A stretch of 54,163 nucleotides of DNA, from assembly GCA_944350485.1 (NCBI GenBank), contig CALVPE010000019.1, forward strand, positions 1-54,163. Direction: 5' to 3'. Below are positions 21,093 through 31,189 of this stretch, piece by piece. The number at the start of each line of letters is the position of its first letter. Position 1 is the first letter of the stretch. The translations under genes and the position numbers were made by a program. The notes under the pieces are model-generated. The model saw nothing but the letters and a program-made list of their open reading frames with translations, did not search any database and was not told where the DNA came from. The stretch comes from an uncultured Bacilli bacterium (GTDB taxonomy: Bacteria > Bacillota_I > Bacilli_A > RF39 > UBA660).

Positions 21093-21563
21093 TTAAGCTT
21101 TTAAGTATTCAAACAAAAATAATTTAAAACTCCAATTAGCAGTTTCGTTTGCAAGTTCCATTATATCTTCATTACACATATTTTCTAATAAATAATTAGA
21201 AACACTATCAACATCACATAAATGACAAATATAACCATATTCTTCCTCAACAACACAAGCATCACTTAGTCTTTGCATAAACAAATTTAATTTTTTAAAA
21301 GCTTCTTTATACTCTTTTGTTAAATTTAATTTTTTCTTATTAATCTTATATTTTTTAAAATAAGCTGGAATATTAATTACTTCATGAATACTTGTACCAT
21401 GCTCTAATAAATAAAGTAAATCTTCATTACTAACTCTTCTTAATAAATCAGATATTTCTAAAACAACATTTTCACAATCAACATTAGTAGTATCAATTCC
21501 TTTTTCTAAATACTCTGTTAAATCATCTTCTAAATAAATTATTCTTTTTAAATTATCACTCAT
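21093..21563 (-). CDS. hypothetical protein
   Basis: The start is set at MSDNLKR after the AGGTGG RBS. Acidic, Cys-containing, 156 aa. No family recognised. Confidence 0.55.
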   Translation of the reverse strand: MSDNLKRIIYLEDDLTEYLEKGIDTTNVDCENVVLEISDLLRRVSNEDLLYLLEHGTSIHEVINIPAYFKKYKINKKKLNLTKEYKEAFKKLNLFMQRLSDACVVEEEYGYICHLCDVDSVSNYLLENMCNEDIMELANETANWSFKLFLFEYLKA

Positions 21564-21570
21564 AAACCAC

Positions 21571-21912
21571 CTAGTTAAATAAATCAAAAAAATATTTATT
21601 CAATTTATTTTCAAAAATATTTAAATAATTATTAACTTCTTCTAAATATCTTAAATATTCTAAATATAAAGGATCTTCATTTAAAATATCTAAACAATTT
21701 TGAATTTTTAAATCTAATTCTTTTTCCTTTGATTTATCATTGACTATTTCTTTTTGATATTTTTTTATCTTATTAATTAATTCCTTTAATTCTTCATTTT
21801 TTTCTAATAAATTTTTACTTTTTAAATAATTTTTAAAACTAGAACTATTTTTAATAAAATCAACTATTTCAGTTACTTTTTCATTTATTTCTTTATTCAA
21901 TAATCTCACCAT
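21571..21912 (-). CDS. YlbF/YmcA-family protein
   Basis: 113-aa helical protein located directly after miaB, matching the ymcB-ymcA arrangement in Bacillus. The sequence has a YmcA-like pattern (SFKNYLKSKNLLEKNEELKELINKIKKYQKE). Confidence 0.6.
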   Translation of the reverse strand: MVRLLNKEINEKVTEIVDFIKNSSSFKNYLKSKNLLEKNEELKELINKIKKYQKEIVNDKSKEKELDLKIQNCLDILNEDPLYLEYLRYLEEVNNYLNIFENKLNKYFFDLFN

Positions 21913-23299
21913 CTAAACTAAAACTTTTAGCATCTGTTATTTTAACTTTAATAATTTGACCTACTAAATCTTTATTACCTTTAAAATTAACTAATTTATT
22001 AGTTTCAGTATAACCAAACAACATCCCATCTTTAGTACTTTCTCCTTCTGCTAAAACATTTTGAATTGTATTTAAAGTGTTTAAGTTAGCTTCTTTAGAA
22101 TATTTATTAACAAGTTCATTTAAACGATAAAGTCTTTGTTCTTTTTCAGATAAAGTAGTGTTATCTTCTAATTTACTAGCTGGAGTGTTTTCTCTTTTTG
22201 AGTATATAAAGGTGAAAGCACTGTCATATTTACAATAATTAACAATATCTAAAGTATCTTGAAAATCTTCTTCCGTTTCTCCTGGAAAACCAACAATAAT
22301 ATCAGTTGTAATGCTAATATTTGGAATAGTTTTTAATTTATCAAATAATTCTAAATAAGATTCTTTTGTATAACGTCGTCCCATTAATTTTAAAATTCTA
22401 TTACTACCTGACTGAACTGGCAAATGAACATAGTTTAAGATATTAGAATTATTTTTAATAACTTCCACTAATTTATCTGTGAAATCCCAAGGATGACTAG
22501 TTATAAATCTTATTCTTGGTATTTTCATTTTACTAATATCAGTTAATAAATCAGCTAATTCATAATCAGAATATAAATCTTTTCCATAAGCATTAACATT
22601 TTGACCAAGTAAAATTATTTCTTTATAACCATCATTTATTAAAGTTTCAACTTCTTTTAAAATATCTTCTTTTCTTCTACTTCTTTGTTTACCTCTTGTA
22701 TAAGGAACTATACAATAGGTACAAAATTTATCACAACCATAAATAATATTAATATAGGCCTTGTATTTACTATCTCTTTTAACAGGCATATCTTCAACAA
22801 TATCACCTTCAATACTTAAAACATCAATATTAAGTTTTTTATCTTTTAAACTATGGGCTATAAGTTCAGGTAAACTATCTAAGTTATGAGTTCCAAAAAC
22901 AAAGTTTAAAAAGCGATATTTTTTCTTTATTTCCTTAATTACTCCTTCTTCTTGAGCCATACAACCACAAAGAGCTACAATAATATTTGGCTTTTCTTCT
23001 TTTAAATGTTTAATTCTTCCAAGCATTCCAAAAGCTTTATTATGAGCATTTTCTCTAATAGAACAAGTATTTAAAAGAATTAAATCAGCATCTTCTAAAG
23101 AACTCGTTTCTAAAAACTTCATTTCTTTTAAAATTCCTTTTAGATTTTCACTATCATGCTCGTTCATTTGACATCCATAAGTTTTTAAAAAGAATTTTTT
23201 CCCTAAACCTAAATTTAAATAATCGGAATCTATCGTATAATTTCTAATTAAAACTTTTTCTTTACTTCTTTTTCTAGCATCAACATAACTTGGTATTTG
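21893..23299 (-). CDS. miaB: tRNA-i6A37 methylthiotransferase MiaB
   Basis: N-terminal KTYGCQMNEHDSE, a radical SAM CxxxCxxC motif (CDKFCTYC) and a C-terminal TRAM domain. The start choice (MQIPSY) is uncertain by 13 codons. Confidence 0.92.
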   Translation of the reverse strand, partial: QIPSYVDARKRSKEKVLIRNYTIDSDYLNLGLGKKFFLKTYGCQMNEHDSENLKGILKEMKFLETSSLEDADLILLNTCSIRENAHNKAFGMLGRIKHLKEEKPNIIVALCGCMAQEEGVIKEIKKKYRFLNFVFGTHNLDSLPELIAHSLKDKKLNIDVLSIEGDIVEDMPVKRDSKYKAYINIIYGCDKFCTYCIVPYTRGKQRSRRKEDILKEVETLINDGYKEIILLGQNVNAYGKDLYSDYELADLLTDISKMKIPRIRFITSHPWDFTDKLVEVIKNNSNILNYVHLPVQSGSNRILKLMGRRYTKESYLELFDKLKTIPNISITTDIIVGFPGETEEDFQDTLDIVNYCKYDSAFTFIYSKRENTPASKLEDNTTLSEKEQRLYRLNELVNKYSKEANLNTLNTIQNVLAEGESTKDGMLFGYTETNKLVNFKGNKDLVGQIIKVKITDAKSFSLDGEIIE

Positions 23300-23540
23300 C
23301 ATACTATCACCCACTTCTTTGCTTAAATAATATATCATAAAACTTAAAAGTTGACAATAAGCCTGTTTTTTGATTTTTTATAATTCAATTACTATTTAAA
23401 ATAATTAAATAAAATAATATTAAAAAACAATCAATATTAAATTTAATCTTTCTAATAATTGATTGTCTCTTTAATAATACTTATAACTATTAAACATTAG
23501 TAGAATATTATCAAATAATAACTTAATATTTAATCATTTT

Positions 23541-24713
23541 TTATCTTCGCATATTCAATTTATCTTCAATAGAATTTTGATAATATATTCCATGATTTTT
23601 ACCAATATAACCTACATAACCATTATAATTATTTATTTTTCTTGCTAACCTTTCTGAACTTAGCAAACCATTTGCTATTGTATCATTGTACTCGAAAGGT
23701 AATGTAGCCAATCGTTCTTCCGAATAAATATTTGTTATATTAAGAATACCATGTTTAGCTTCTACAATGACATGACCATGTAATTCACCTATATTTTTAT
23801 TTCCTTGAATAATAATAAAGCTAGAACCATCCATTCTTGTGAATTTTCTATATATTTGATTTGATGTATTTATCTGAAGACTATTATTATGTTCATATAT
23901 AATAACAGGATTTCCGTTAACATTTATTTTTACTTGATGATTTTGATCAGGTTGGCATTTTATTATTCTAGGTCTACTAATTACTCCATATGCTTCCTGT
24001 AACTCTTTTAATGTATATGGAACAATATTAAAAATTTTTTCTTCTCTTTCGTTACTTATATCATGATGCTTATTTAAATAAAATGGTTCTTTATCACGAT
24101 TAAAATAATAAAATTCACAACCATTATTACTTTTTTTGTATGTATCCCACGTCAATTCTATTCCCCGGTACTCACCATCTAATTTTGCTATATTCCAACT
24201 ATGATATCCTTCGCGATTTTGATAATAACATTCAATACCTATTCTATCCAAAGCTTCCTTATATATCATAGCAAAACCACTACATACAGCCTTATTATAT
24301 AAAAGGCCACCTATACCCCTAGAATAATCTTTACCATTAACCTCTACTTCACTATATTCCATTCTATCACATAGTTCTTTATATAAAAACATTGCTTTTT
24401 CGGTTTCTGTCCATCTTAAATTAATCTTTTTTTCTATATCTCTATATATTTTTACTATTTTACTTAATTCCATTGCTGAATAATATGTTCTTTCTTGATA
24501 ATATTCATTATTATATTTACTTTTTTTCGGATTAAGTCCACCTTGAACACTAAAAATAATATTAGGATATTGGTTAGCAATTAATCTAAGTTCTTCTTCA
24601 CTTTGAAATTTAGTATTATCAATAACTATTATTACATTTTCATTATGAGTTTTTCTTTTTATTTCTGCTATTATTTGACACGTTACTTTACCATTTACTT
24701 TGACTTTAATCAT
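23541..24713 (-). CDS. transglutaminase-like (Cys-His-Asp core) domain protein
   Basis: The segment AVCSGFAMIYKEALDRIGIECYY...GYHSWNIAKLDGEYRGIELTWD matches the transglutaminase-like cysteine protease core pattern. Confidence 0.65.
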   Translation of the reverse strand: MIKVKVNGKVTCQIIAEIKRKTHNENVIIVIDNTKFQSEEELRLIANQYPNIIFSVQGGLNPKKSKYNNEYYQERTYYSAMELSKIVKIYRDIEKKINLRWTETEKAMFLYKELCDRMEYSEVEVNGKDYSRGIGGLLYNKAVCSGFAMIYKEALDRIGIECYYQNREGYHSWNIAKLDGEYRGIELTWDTYKKSNNGCEFYYFNRDKEPFYLNKHHDISNEREEKIFNIVPYTLKELQEAYGVISRPRIIKCQPDQNHQVKINVNGNPVIIYEHNNSLQINTSNQIYRKFTRMDGSSFIIIQGNKNIGELHGHVIVEAKHGILNITNIYSEERLATLPFEYNDTIANGLLSSERLARKINNYNGYVGYIGKNHGIYYQNSIEDKLNMRR

Positions 24714-25311
24714 TTTTTATCACCTTAATAACTTCGTTTCTATCATCAGTAATTTCTAACTTATTTTTTACAATATATAATAAATCATCATTGTAACTAT
24801 TCTCATCTACTGTAATATTATCTATATTTTTAAAAAAGTTAAAATTAACTTTATTTTCAATTAAAGAAAGCTTAAGGTTATTTATATTTTCTATATAAAA
24901 GTCAATATACATTCTTTTTAATTCTAAATCTTTTAAATTAGAAATATTTATACCAGAAAGACCTATACAATTACTTATATATATGTTTTCTGTCTTAATA
25001 TTATCAAATAAAAAATTTGCTTCATCAATAAAATCACAATTAATAAAACTTATAACTTTCAAATTTTTTAGTTTTAATATTATTTTTACTTCCTTATCGC
25101 TTATCATACAGTCAAATATATCTAATTGCTTAAGATTGGTTAATAAATTAATATCTTCAAAGCTAGTATTATAGATTTCCCCATCATATCCTAACTTCTT
25201 TATCGTGATTATTTCTATCTTATTTAATTCTTCGTGAGTTACCGCTTCTATATTTTTATTCAAAATTATTTCTACTTGATCTATTATACTTTTTGTTTTT
25301 AGCATCACCAT
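24706..25311 (-). CDS. leucine-rich-repeat-like protein
   Basis: Repeated LxxLxLxxCxI/N-type units (LKQLDIFDCMIS, LKNLKVISFINCDF, IYISNCIGLSGINISNLKDLEL). Overlaps the downstream gene by 8 nt. Confidence 0.5.
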   Translation of the reverse strand: MVMLKTKSIIDQVEIILNKNIEAVTHEELNKIEIITIKKLGYDGEIYNTSFEDINLLTNLKQLDIFDCMISDKEVKIILKLKNLKVISFINCDFIDEANFLFDNIKTENIYISNCIGLSGINISNLKDLELKRMYIDFYIENINNLKLSLIENKVNFNFFKNIDNITVDENSYNDDLLYIVKNKLEITDDRNEVIKVIKND

Positions 25312-25379
25312 TTTATCACCAATTTAATTGTAACATATTAAAACAACAATTAAAAGATATAAAATTTTATTATATTAAA

Positions 25380-26189
25380 TTACTTTTTTTTAATTTTTTC
25401 AGGATTCTTTATCTTTAAATTTTCTTTATCTATTTTTTTTAATTCGACAATTAATATTTTTTTTATTTCTAATAATTCTTTCTTTTGACGAAGTATTTCT
25501 TTTTTGTTAGAAGAAGCAAAAATAGTTAAAAAATCATCAATATCTTCTATTAATAACATAATTAACTTTTGAGGATTTGTTAAATAGTCTTTAATATAAT
25601 TTAATTTTTCTTGTTCTGAAAACTTCGAATTTTTATTCTTTTTAATAACAACATTATAATTTTTAATAAAAAAATTAATTTTTTCTTCACCAACAGTAAT
25701 TTCAAAAGGATAATTTTCAAAAATTTTTAAATTTAATTCTCCTATTTCATTGATAATTTCTTGGTCATCTGATTTATTTACTTTACTTTCTAATTTTAGT
25801 GGTTGTTTTTTAGAATCAAAACCAGGAGAAATAGCAATAAAAACGGCATTTAAAAGATTAGGATGTCTTTGATATTTTTTTCGTTCTTTTTCATTTAAGG
25901 GAACTATTAATTGCAATAAATCTAATTGATAAATTAAATCATTTATATTATTTTTATAATTTATTACCTGAATTAAAGTATTAAATATATTAAAAATAGG
26001 TATGTAATCAATTAATTTTTGCTCACTTTTAGAATTTTGTTGTTTATTAAAAGATGGTAAATTAGCAGCTTTTTTTAAATCTATTTTATAGCCAATATTA
26101 GCTAAATCTTGATGAATTTTTAAACTTAATAAATAATTAACTATTTTTGAATAAATAATTGTTATTAAATACATTAGAAAATACTTCAT
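25380..26189 (-). CDS. hypothetical protein with an N-terminal hydrophobic helix
   Basis: 269-aa Lys-rich ORF. Its start lies 1 nt after the Crp/Fnr gene stop. No family recognised. Confidence 0.5.
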   Translation of the reverse strand: MKYFLMYLITIIYSKIVNYLLSLKIHQDLANIGYKIDLKKAANLPSFNKQQNSKSEQKLIDYIPIFNIFNTLIQVINYKNNINDLIYQLDLLQLIVPLNEKERKKYQRHPNLLNAVFIAISPGFDSKKQPLKLESKVNKSDDQEIINEIGELNLKIFENYPFEITVGEEKINFFIKNYNVVIKKNKNSKFSEQEKLNYIKDYLTNPQKLIMLLIEDIDDFLTIFASSNKKEILRQKKELLEIKKILIVELKKIDKENLKIKNPEKIKKK

Positions 26190-26190
26190 C

Positions 26191-26835
26191 TTAATAATTT
26201 TTTATTGTTATTTTTCTTCGATTTGTAACAATAAAACCCTCCTCTTTTAAATTTTTAATTTCTCGCATCATAGCACTCCTATCAATTGATAAATAATCAG
26301 CTAAATCAGTATAAGTAAATGGTAAAATAAAACTCCTTTTAGGATTATTATTAGCTAATAATTCAAAGTAAGATAATAATTTATCTCGAATTGTTCTTTT
26401 AGATAAAATCTCTAATCTTTCATTTAATTCGTAGATTTTTTTTGATAGTAATTGTAAAACATTATTAGTTAAAATACTATGATATAAACAGCCTTTCTTA
26501 CATCTTTTAATTAAATGTTCATATTCAATAAATAAAACTTCACAATCACTAGTAGCTATTACTGAAATATCATTACCAAGTCTTGAAAAAACTTCTCCAA
26601 AAACACTATTTTCTTCTAGTTTTTCAATAATAGAACGGTTACCATTATAATCATATCTTTCCATATTAGCTGTTCCAGATAAGATAATTCCAATCATTTT
26701 GATATTAATAATGTTAGTAACAATGGTCCGATCTTTTTTATAAGTTATTTTTCTAGCTTCAAAACATTTTAGCATTTTGTTAACATCTTCTGATTCAATC
26801 CCTTCAAAAATTGATTTTACTTTCACTTTACACAT
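26191..26835 (-). CDS. Crp/Fnr-family transcriptional regulator
   Basis: A cNMP-binding-like beta-barrel (FGEVFS...) plus a C-terminal HTH (TYTDLADYLSIDRSAMMREIKNLKEEGFI). The start is ambiguous: either the ATG at 26835, or the GTG at 26826 that has better RBS spacing. Confidence 0.85.
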   Translation of the reverse strand: MCKVKVKSIFEGIESEDVNKMLKCFEARKITYKKDRTIVTNIINIKMIGIILSGTANMERYDYNGNRSIIEKLEENSVFGEVFSRLGNDISVIATSDCEVLFIEYEHLIKRCKKGCLYHSILTNNVLQLLSKKIYELNERLEILSKRTIRDKLLSYFELLANNNPKRSFILPFTYTDLADYLSIDRSAMMREIKNLKEEGFIVTNRRKITIKNY

Positions 26836-26890
26836 CTCCTTTACATTGAAATCAAGTCTTTTTATAAGCATTTTTATTATATTTAAAATT

Positions 26891-26906
26891 TGTTGCAATT
26901 GCAACA
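26891..26906. promoter_or_regulatory. perfect 16-bp palindrome TGTTGCAATTGCAACA in the crp/fnr-nrdD divergent region
   Basis: Seen directly in the sequence. Its layout is TGTTG-N6-CAACA, a CRP/FNR-like geometry. It lies about 30 nt upstream of an extended -10 (TGtTATAAT, 26935-26943) preceding nrdD. Confidence 0.5.
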
Positions 26907-26962
26907 CGAAACTTATTTTTTGTTTGTTATAATTTTTTTATAAAGAAAGTAGTAGGTGAAAA

Positions 26963-29089
26963 ATGAAAGTTGTTAAAAGAGATGGGCGAACGGTTGAATA
27001 TGATCCTGAAAAAATAAGAATTGCTATTACAAAGGCCAATAATGATGTTAATGAATGTGATATGGCATCTGATAAAGAAATTAATAAAATTATTAAATAT
27101 ATTGAAAATTTAAAGAAAAAAAGATTATTAGTTGAGGATATTCAAGATATAATTGAAAAGAAGTTAGTTGAACTTAATAAATATGAATTATCTAAAGCTT
27201 ATATGTTATATCGCTATGAAAGAGAATTAATTAGAAAAGCTAATACAACCGATGAATCAATTTTAACTTTAATTAAAAATAGTAATAAAGAACTTATGGA
27301 AGAAAATTCTAATAAAAATGCTGTGGTTGCTTCTACGCAAAGAGATTTAATAGCAGGTGAAGTTTCTAAAGATTTAACAAAAAGAATTTTACTTCCTGAA
27401 AAAATTAGTAAGGCTCATAACGATGGTATTTTACATTTTCATGATGCTGATTATTTTTTACAACCAATTTTTAATTGTTGTTTAATTAATATTAAAGATA
27501 TGTTAGATAACGGTACTGTCATGAACGGAAAAATGATTGAAAGTCCTAAAAGTTTTCAAGTTGCATGTACAGTTTTAACTCAAATAATTGCAGCTGTTGC
27601 TTCTAGTCAATATGGAGGTCAATCTGTTGATATTAAACATCTTGGTAAGTATTTAAAGAAAAGTGAAGATAAATTTAGAAAGAACTTTTTAGAAAAATAT
27701 AAAGGTAAAATTGCTAAAAATGAAATTGAGGAATTAGTTAAAGATCGTTTAAAAGAAGAACTTAAAGCAGGGGTTCAAACAATTCAGTATCAAATAAATA
27801 CATTAATGACAACTAATGGTCAATCCCCTTTTGTTACTATTTTTATGTTTTTAGATAAAGATGATCCTTATATAGATTATACAGCTATGATTATTGAAGA
27901 AATTTTAAATCAAAGGTATGAAGGTATTAAAAATGAAAAAGGTGTTTATGTTACACCAGCTTTTCCAAAATTAATTTATGTTCTTGATGAAAATAATTCT
28001 TTAAATGGTGGAAAATATGATTATTTAACACATCTTGCTGTTAAATGTTCTAGCAAAAGATTATATCCCGATTATATAAGTGCTAAAAAAATGCGTGAAA
28101 ATTATGAGGGAAACGTGTTTAGCCCAATGGGTTGTAGAAGCTTCTTATCACCTTGGAAAGATAAAAATGGTAATTATAAATTTGAAGGAAGATTTAATCA
28201 AGGTGTTGTTTCGATTAACTTACCTCAAATTGCTCTTTTAGCTAATAAAGATGAAGATAAATTCTTTAAACTATTAGATGAAAGATTAGATTTATGTTAT
28301 GAAGCTTTGATGTGCCGTCATCATGCTTTACTTGGTACTTTATCAAACGTTTCTCCTGTTCATTGGCAATATGGAGCCATTGCTCGTTTAAATAAAAATG
28401 AAACCATTGATAAATTATTAAAAGATGGTTATTCAACAATTTCCCTTGGTTATATTGGAATTTATGAAATGACTAAAGCTATGAAAGGCGTTTCTCATAC
28501 TGATCCAATCGGGAAAGAATTTGCTTTAAAAGTTATGAACACTTTAAGAGAAAAATGTGAAACTTGGAAAAAAGAAACTGGTCTTGGATTTGGATTATAT
28601 GGAACTCCAGCTGAAAGTTTATGCTATCGTTTTGCAAGAATTGATAAAGAAAAATTTGGTGATATTAAAGATATAACTGATAAAGGTTATTATACTAATT
28701 CCTATCATGTTGATGTTCGAGAAGAAATAAATGCTTTTGATAAACTTCAATTTGAAAGTGAATTTCAAAAGATTTCATCTGGCGGAGCTATTTCCTATAT
28801 TGAAATACCTAATATGCAAAATAATTTAGAAGCTTTAGAAGAATTAGTTAAATTTATTTATAATAATATTCAATATGCTGAATTTAACACTAAAAGTGAT
28901 TATTGTCATGTATGTGGCTTTGATGGAGAAATCATTATTAACGATGATTTAGAATGGGAATGTCCTAATTGTCATAATAAAGATAAAACTAAAATGAATG
29001 TAACCAGAAGAACTTGTGGTTATTTAGGAGAAAATTTTTGGAACGTTGGTAAAACGAAAGAGATAAAATCTCGTATTTTACATTTATAG
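26963..29089 (+). CDS. nrdD: anaerobic ribonucleoside-triphosphate reductase
   Basis: N-terminal ATP-cone, a class III RNR core, a C-terminal Zn ribbon (CHVCG...CPNC) and the glycyl radical motif RRTCGYLG. Confidence 0.96.
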   Translation: MKVVKRDGRTVEYDPEKIRIAITKANNDVNECDMASDKEINKIIKYIENLKKKRLLVEDIQDIIEKKLVELNKYELSKAYMLYRYERELIRKANTTDESILTLIKNSNKELMEENSNKNAVVASTQRDLIAGEVSKDLTKRILLPEKISKAHNDGILHFHDADYFLQPIFNCCLINIKDMLDNGTVMNGKMIESPKSFQVACTVLTQIIAAVASSQYGGQSVDIKHLGKYLKKSEDKFRKNFLEKYKGKIAKNEIEELVKDRLKEELKAGVQTIQYQINTLMTTNGQSPFVTIFMFLDKDDPYIDYTAMIIEEILNQRYEGIKNEKGVYVTPAFPKLIYVLDENNSLNGGKYDYLTHLAVKCSSKRLYPDYISAKKMRENYEGNVFSPMGCRSFLSPWKDKNGNYKFEGRFNQGVVSINLPQIALLANKDEDKFFKLLDERLDLCYEALMCRHHALLGTLSNVSPVHWQYGAIARLNKNETIDKLLKDGYSTISLGYIGIYEMTKAMKGVSHTDPIGKEFALKVMNTLREKCETWKKETGLGFGLYGTPAESLCYRFARIDKEKFGDIKDITDKGYYTNSYHVDVREEINAFDKLQFESEFQKISSGGAISYIEIPNMQNNLEALEELVKFIYNNIQYAEFNTKSDYCHVCGFDGEIIINDDLEWECPNCHNKDKTKMNVTRRTCGYLGENFWNVGKTKEIKSRILHL

Positions 29090-29096
29090 GTGATTT

Positions 29097-29621
29097 ATGA
29101 AATATGCCAAAATAAAAAAGACTGATATTGCAAATGGTCCTGGGGTACGGGTAAGTATCTTTGTTAGTGGTTGTCACCACCATTGTAAAGGTTGTTTTAA
29201 TGCTGAAGCTTGGGATTTTAACTACGGAAACGATTTTACAGATGATACTATTCAGGAAATAATTGATGCTATGAAATATGATTATATATCTGGCCTAACA
29301 CTTCTCGGAGGAGAACCTTTTGAATTTGTTAATCAACATGGTCTTCTCCCTCTTTTAAAAAAAGTTAAAGAAATTTATCCAAATAAAACTATTTGGGCCT
29401 ATTCAGGCTATTTATATGAAGAATTAAAAAAAATGTCTTATTCTGAAACTAAAGAAATATTAAATTTAATTGATGTTTTAGTAGACGGAAAATTTGATGA
29501 AGATTTAAAAGATCCAAAACTTTATTTTAGAGGATCTAGTAATCAAAGAGTAATTGATATGAATAAAACAAGAAAAAGTAAAAAAATTATTTTACATGAA
29601 AAAAATACAAGAAGAAATTAG
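29097..29621 (+). CDS. nrdG: anaerobic RNR activating protein (radical SAM)
   Basis: The motif GPGVRVSIFVSGCHHHCKGCFN is the NrdG-type CxxxCxxC. The gene lies directly after nrdD. Confidence 0.93.
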   Translation: MKYAKIKKTDIANGPGVRVSIFVSGCHHHCKGCFNAEAWDFNYGNDFTDDTIQEIIDAMKYDYISGLTLLGGEPFEFVNQHGLLPLLKKVKEIYPNKTIWAYSGYLYEELKKMSYSETKEILNLIDVLVDGKFDEDLKDPKLYFRGSSNQRVIDMNKTRKSKKIILHEKNTRRN

Positions 29622-29629
29622 GAGAAAAT

Positions 29630-30070
29630 ATGAATTTAGAAGAATTACAAATTAAAAAATTAAATAAATTAGCAACTATTCCAACTTATGGAACCGAGTA
29701 TTCAGCTGGCGCTGATTTATATGCTGCTATTGAGAAAGATTTAGAAATAAAACCTGGCGAAACAATCATGATTGGAACCGGTCTTGCGATGGCTATTCCC
29801 ACTGGTTATGTTGGTTTAATCTATACTAGAAGTTCCCTCGGAACTAAAAAAGGTTTAGCTCCAGCTAATAAAGTTGGTGTCATTGATAGTGATTACCGAG
29901 GCGAAATCAAAGTTCCTTTGTTCAATCAGTCAAAAGAAATTCAAACTATCAGTAAAAATGAAAGAATTGCTCAAATCATTTTTACCCCTTACTTAAAAGC
30001 TAATTTTCATGAAACTAAAGAACTTGATGAGACAATACGAGGTCAAGGAGGATTTGGTTCAACTAACTAA
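29630..30070 (+). CDS. dut: dUTP diphosphatase
   Basis: dUTPase motifs AGADLYA, GVIDSDYRGE and RGQGGFGST. AGGAG RBS. Confidence 0.93.
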   Translation: MNLEELQIKKLNKLATIPTYGTEYSAGADLYAAIEKDLEIKPGETIMIGTGLAMAIPTGYVGLIYTRSSLGTKKGLAPANKVGVIDSDYRGEIKVPLFNQSKEIQTISKNERIAQIIFTPYLKANFHETKELDETIRGQGGFGSTN

Positions 30071-30081
30071 ATCTTTTTTTC

Positions 30082-30110
30082 TTGCATTTAATTTTAACAT
30101 ATTGTATAAT
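30082..30110 (+). promoter_or_regulatory. sigma-70-type promoter
   Basis: TTGCAT (30082-30087), a 17-nt spacer ending in TG, then TATAAT (30105-30110). Confidence 0.65.
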
Positions 30111-30131
30111 ATGGAACTGCTGGAGGTAATT

Positions 30132-31154
30132 ATGAAAAAAAATATCATTACTCTTGAAACTATGAAAGAAGATTACAAACTATTAAAACATATCTATGAG
30201 TTATATATAAGAAATTATGGTAACAAAAAAAATATCAAAGAACTTGCTGAATTATTTGGAATAACTATCCAAGAATTTATGGAACTAGTAACATTTTATC
30301 TTGAGAAAAATCAAGACTGTGCAAGCATGGCCTTTATATTTGATAAATTAATGCTCTTAGAAAATGAAGAAGATATTATAATTTTTCTAGTTAAAGAAAA
30401 TTTAACTTATGAAAAATTAAGACAAAGTCTCCCTGACTATATAACTATTTATCGACCCGATCTCTTATTTAATGAAAATGAATTTAATAATATTATGAAA
30501 AAATTAAACATTTATAAAATATATAAAGAAAGTTTAAGTTCAAAATATAAAAAAAATTCAAAAAATGCAGAGCCTTTTAATAGGGAGTTAATTCAAAGGT
30601 TTATCAACTCTAAATATACTTTAAAAAAATTTAGTTTTCTTTATAAAGTTCCTTTAGGAATATTTAAAACCGAAATTGCTCATGTTAAAAATCATGATCC
30701 CCTTTTATATCAAAAATATTTAGAAAATTATCAATTAAAAGAAGCCATGAAGAATGAAACAATTGAAAATGATGTTCTAGCTATTTTGAAAAAGATAAAA
30801 GAATTAGGAACTAACTTTAATTCTATTGACTTTTTTAATTTAACAGATTATAGCCCAATTGAAATAATTGAAGCAGCTGATAGAATTTTAAATCAGGAAG
30901 ATGATAAAATTTTCAGAAGATTTATTTCGGTTTATAAAACGATAAAAATATATTCACCATACGAAACTAATCAAATCTTCACAGATAAATTAGTATTTTC
31001 TATAAATGGAAATAGCATTGAAATAACAGAAAATGATAAACATAACATTGTAAATTATTTAAAAGAAAATGATTTTCCTATTTCAACTATTACTTTTAAA
31101 GATGCTTGTTTAAAATATTATAATGGAATATTATTTAATGAATTCGTTAAATAA
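30132..31154 (+). CDS. hypothetical protein
   Basis: The start is set at the ATG after the GGAGG RBS (MKKNIITLE...). The track's longer version overlaps dut and the promoter. No family recognised. Confidence 0.6.
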   Translation: MKKNIITLETMKEDYKLLKHIYELYIRNYGNKKNIKELAELFGITIQEFMELVTFYLEKNQDCASMAFIFDKLMLLENEEDIIIFLVKENLTYEKLRQSLPDYITIYRPDLLFNENEFNNIMKKLNIYKIYKESLSSKYKKNSKNAEPFNRELIQRFINSKYTLKKFSFLYKVPLGIFKTEIAHVKNHDPLLYQKYLENYQLKEAMKNETIENDVLAILKKIKELGTNFNSIDFFNLTDYSPIEIIEAADRILNQEDDKIFRRFISVYKTIKIYSPYETNQIFTDKLVFSINGNSIEITENDKHNIVNYLKENDFPISTITFKDACLKYYNGILFNEFVK

Positions 31155-31189
31155 TATCTTTTTTTTGCATATAATTAAACGAGGTGAAT

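Noticed and set aside
26891-26906. NrdR box upstream of nrdD
   Set aside because: NrdR boxes, as I recall them, are tandem pairs of 16-bp palindromes of the acaCwAtATaTwGtgt type. Here there is a single palindrome with a different sequence (TGTTGCAATTGCAACA).
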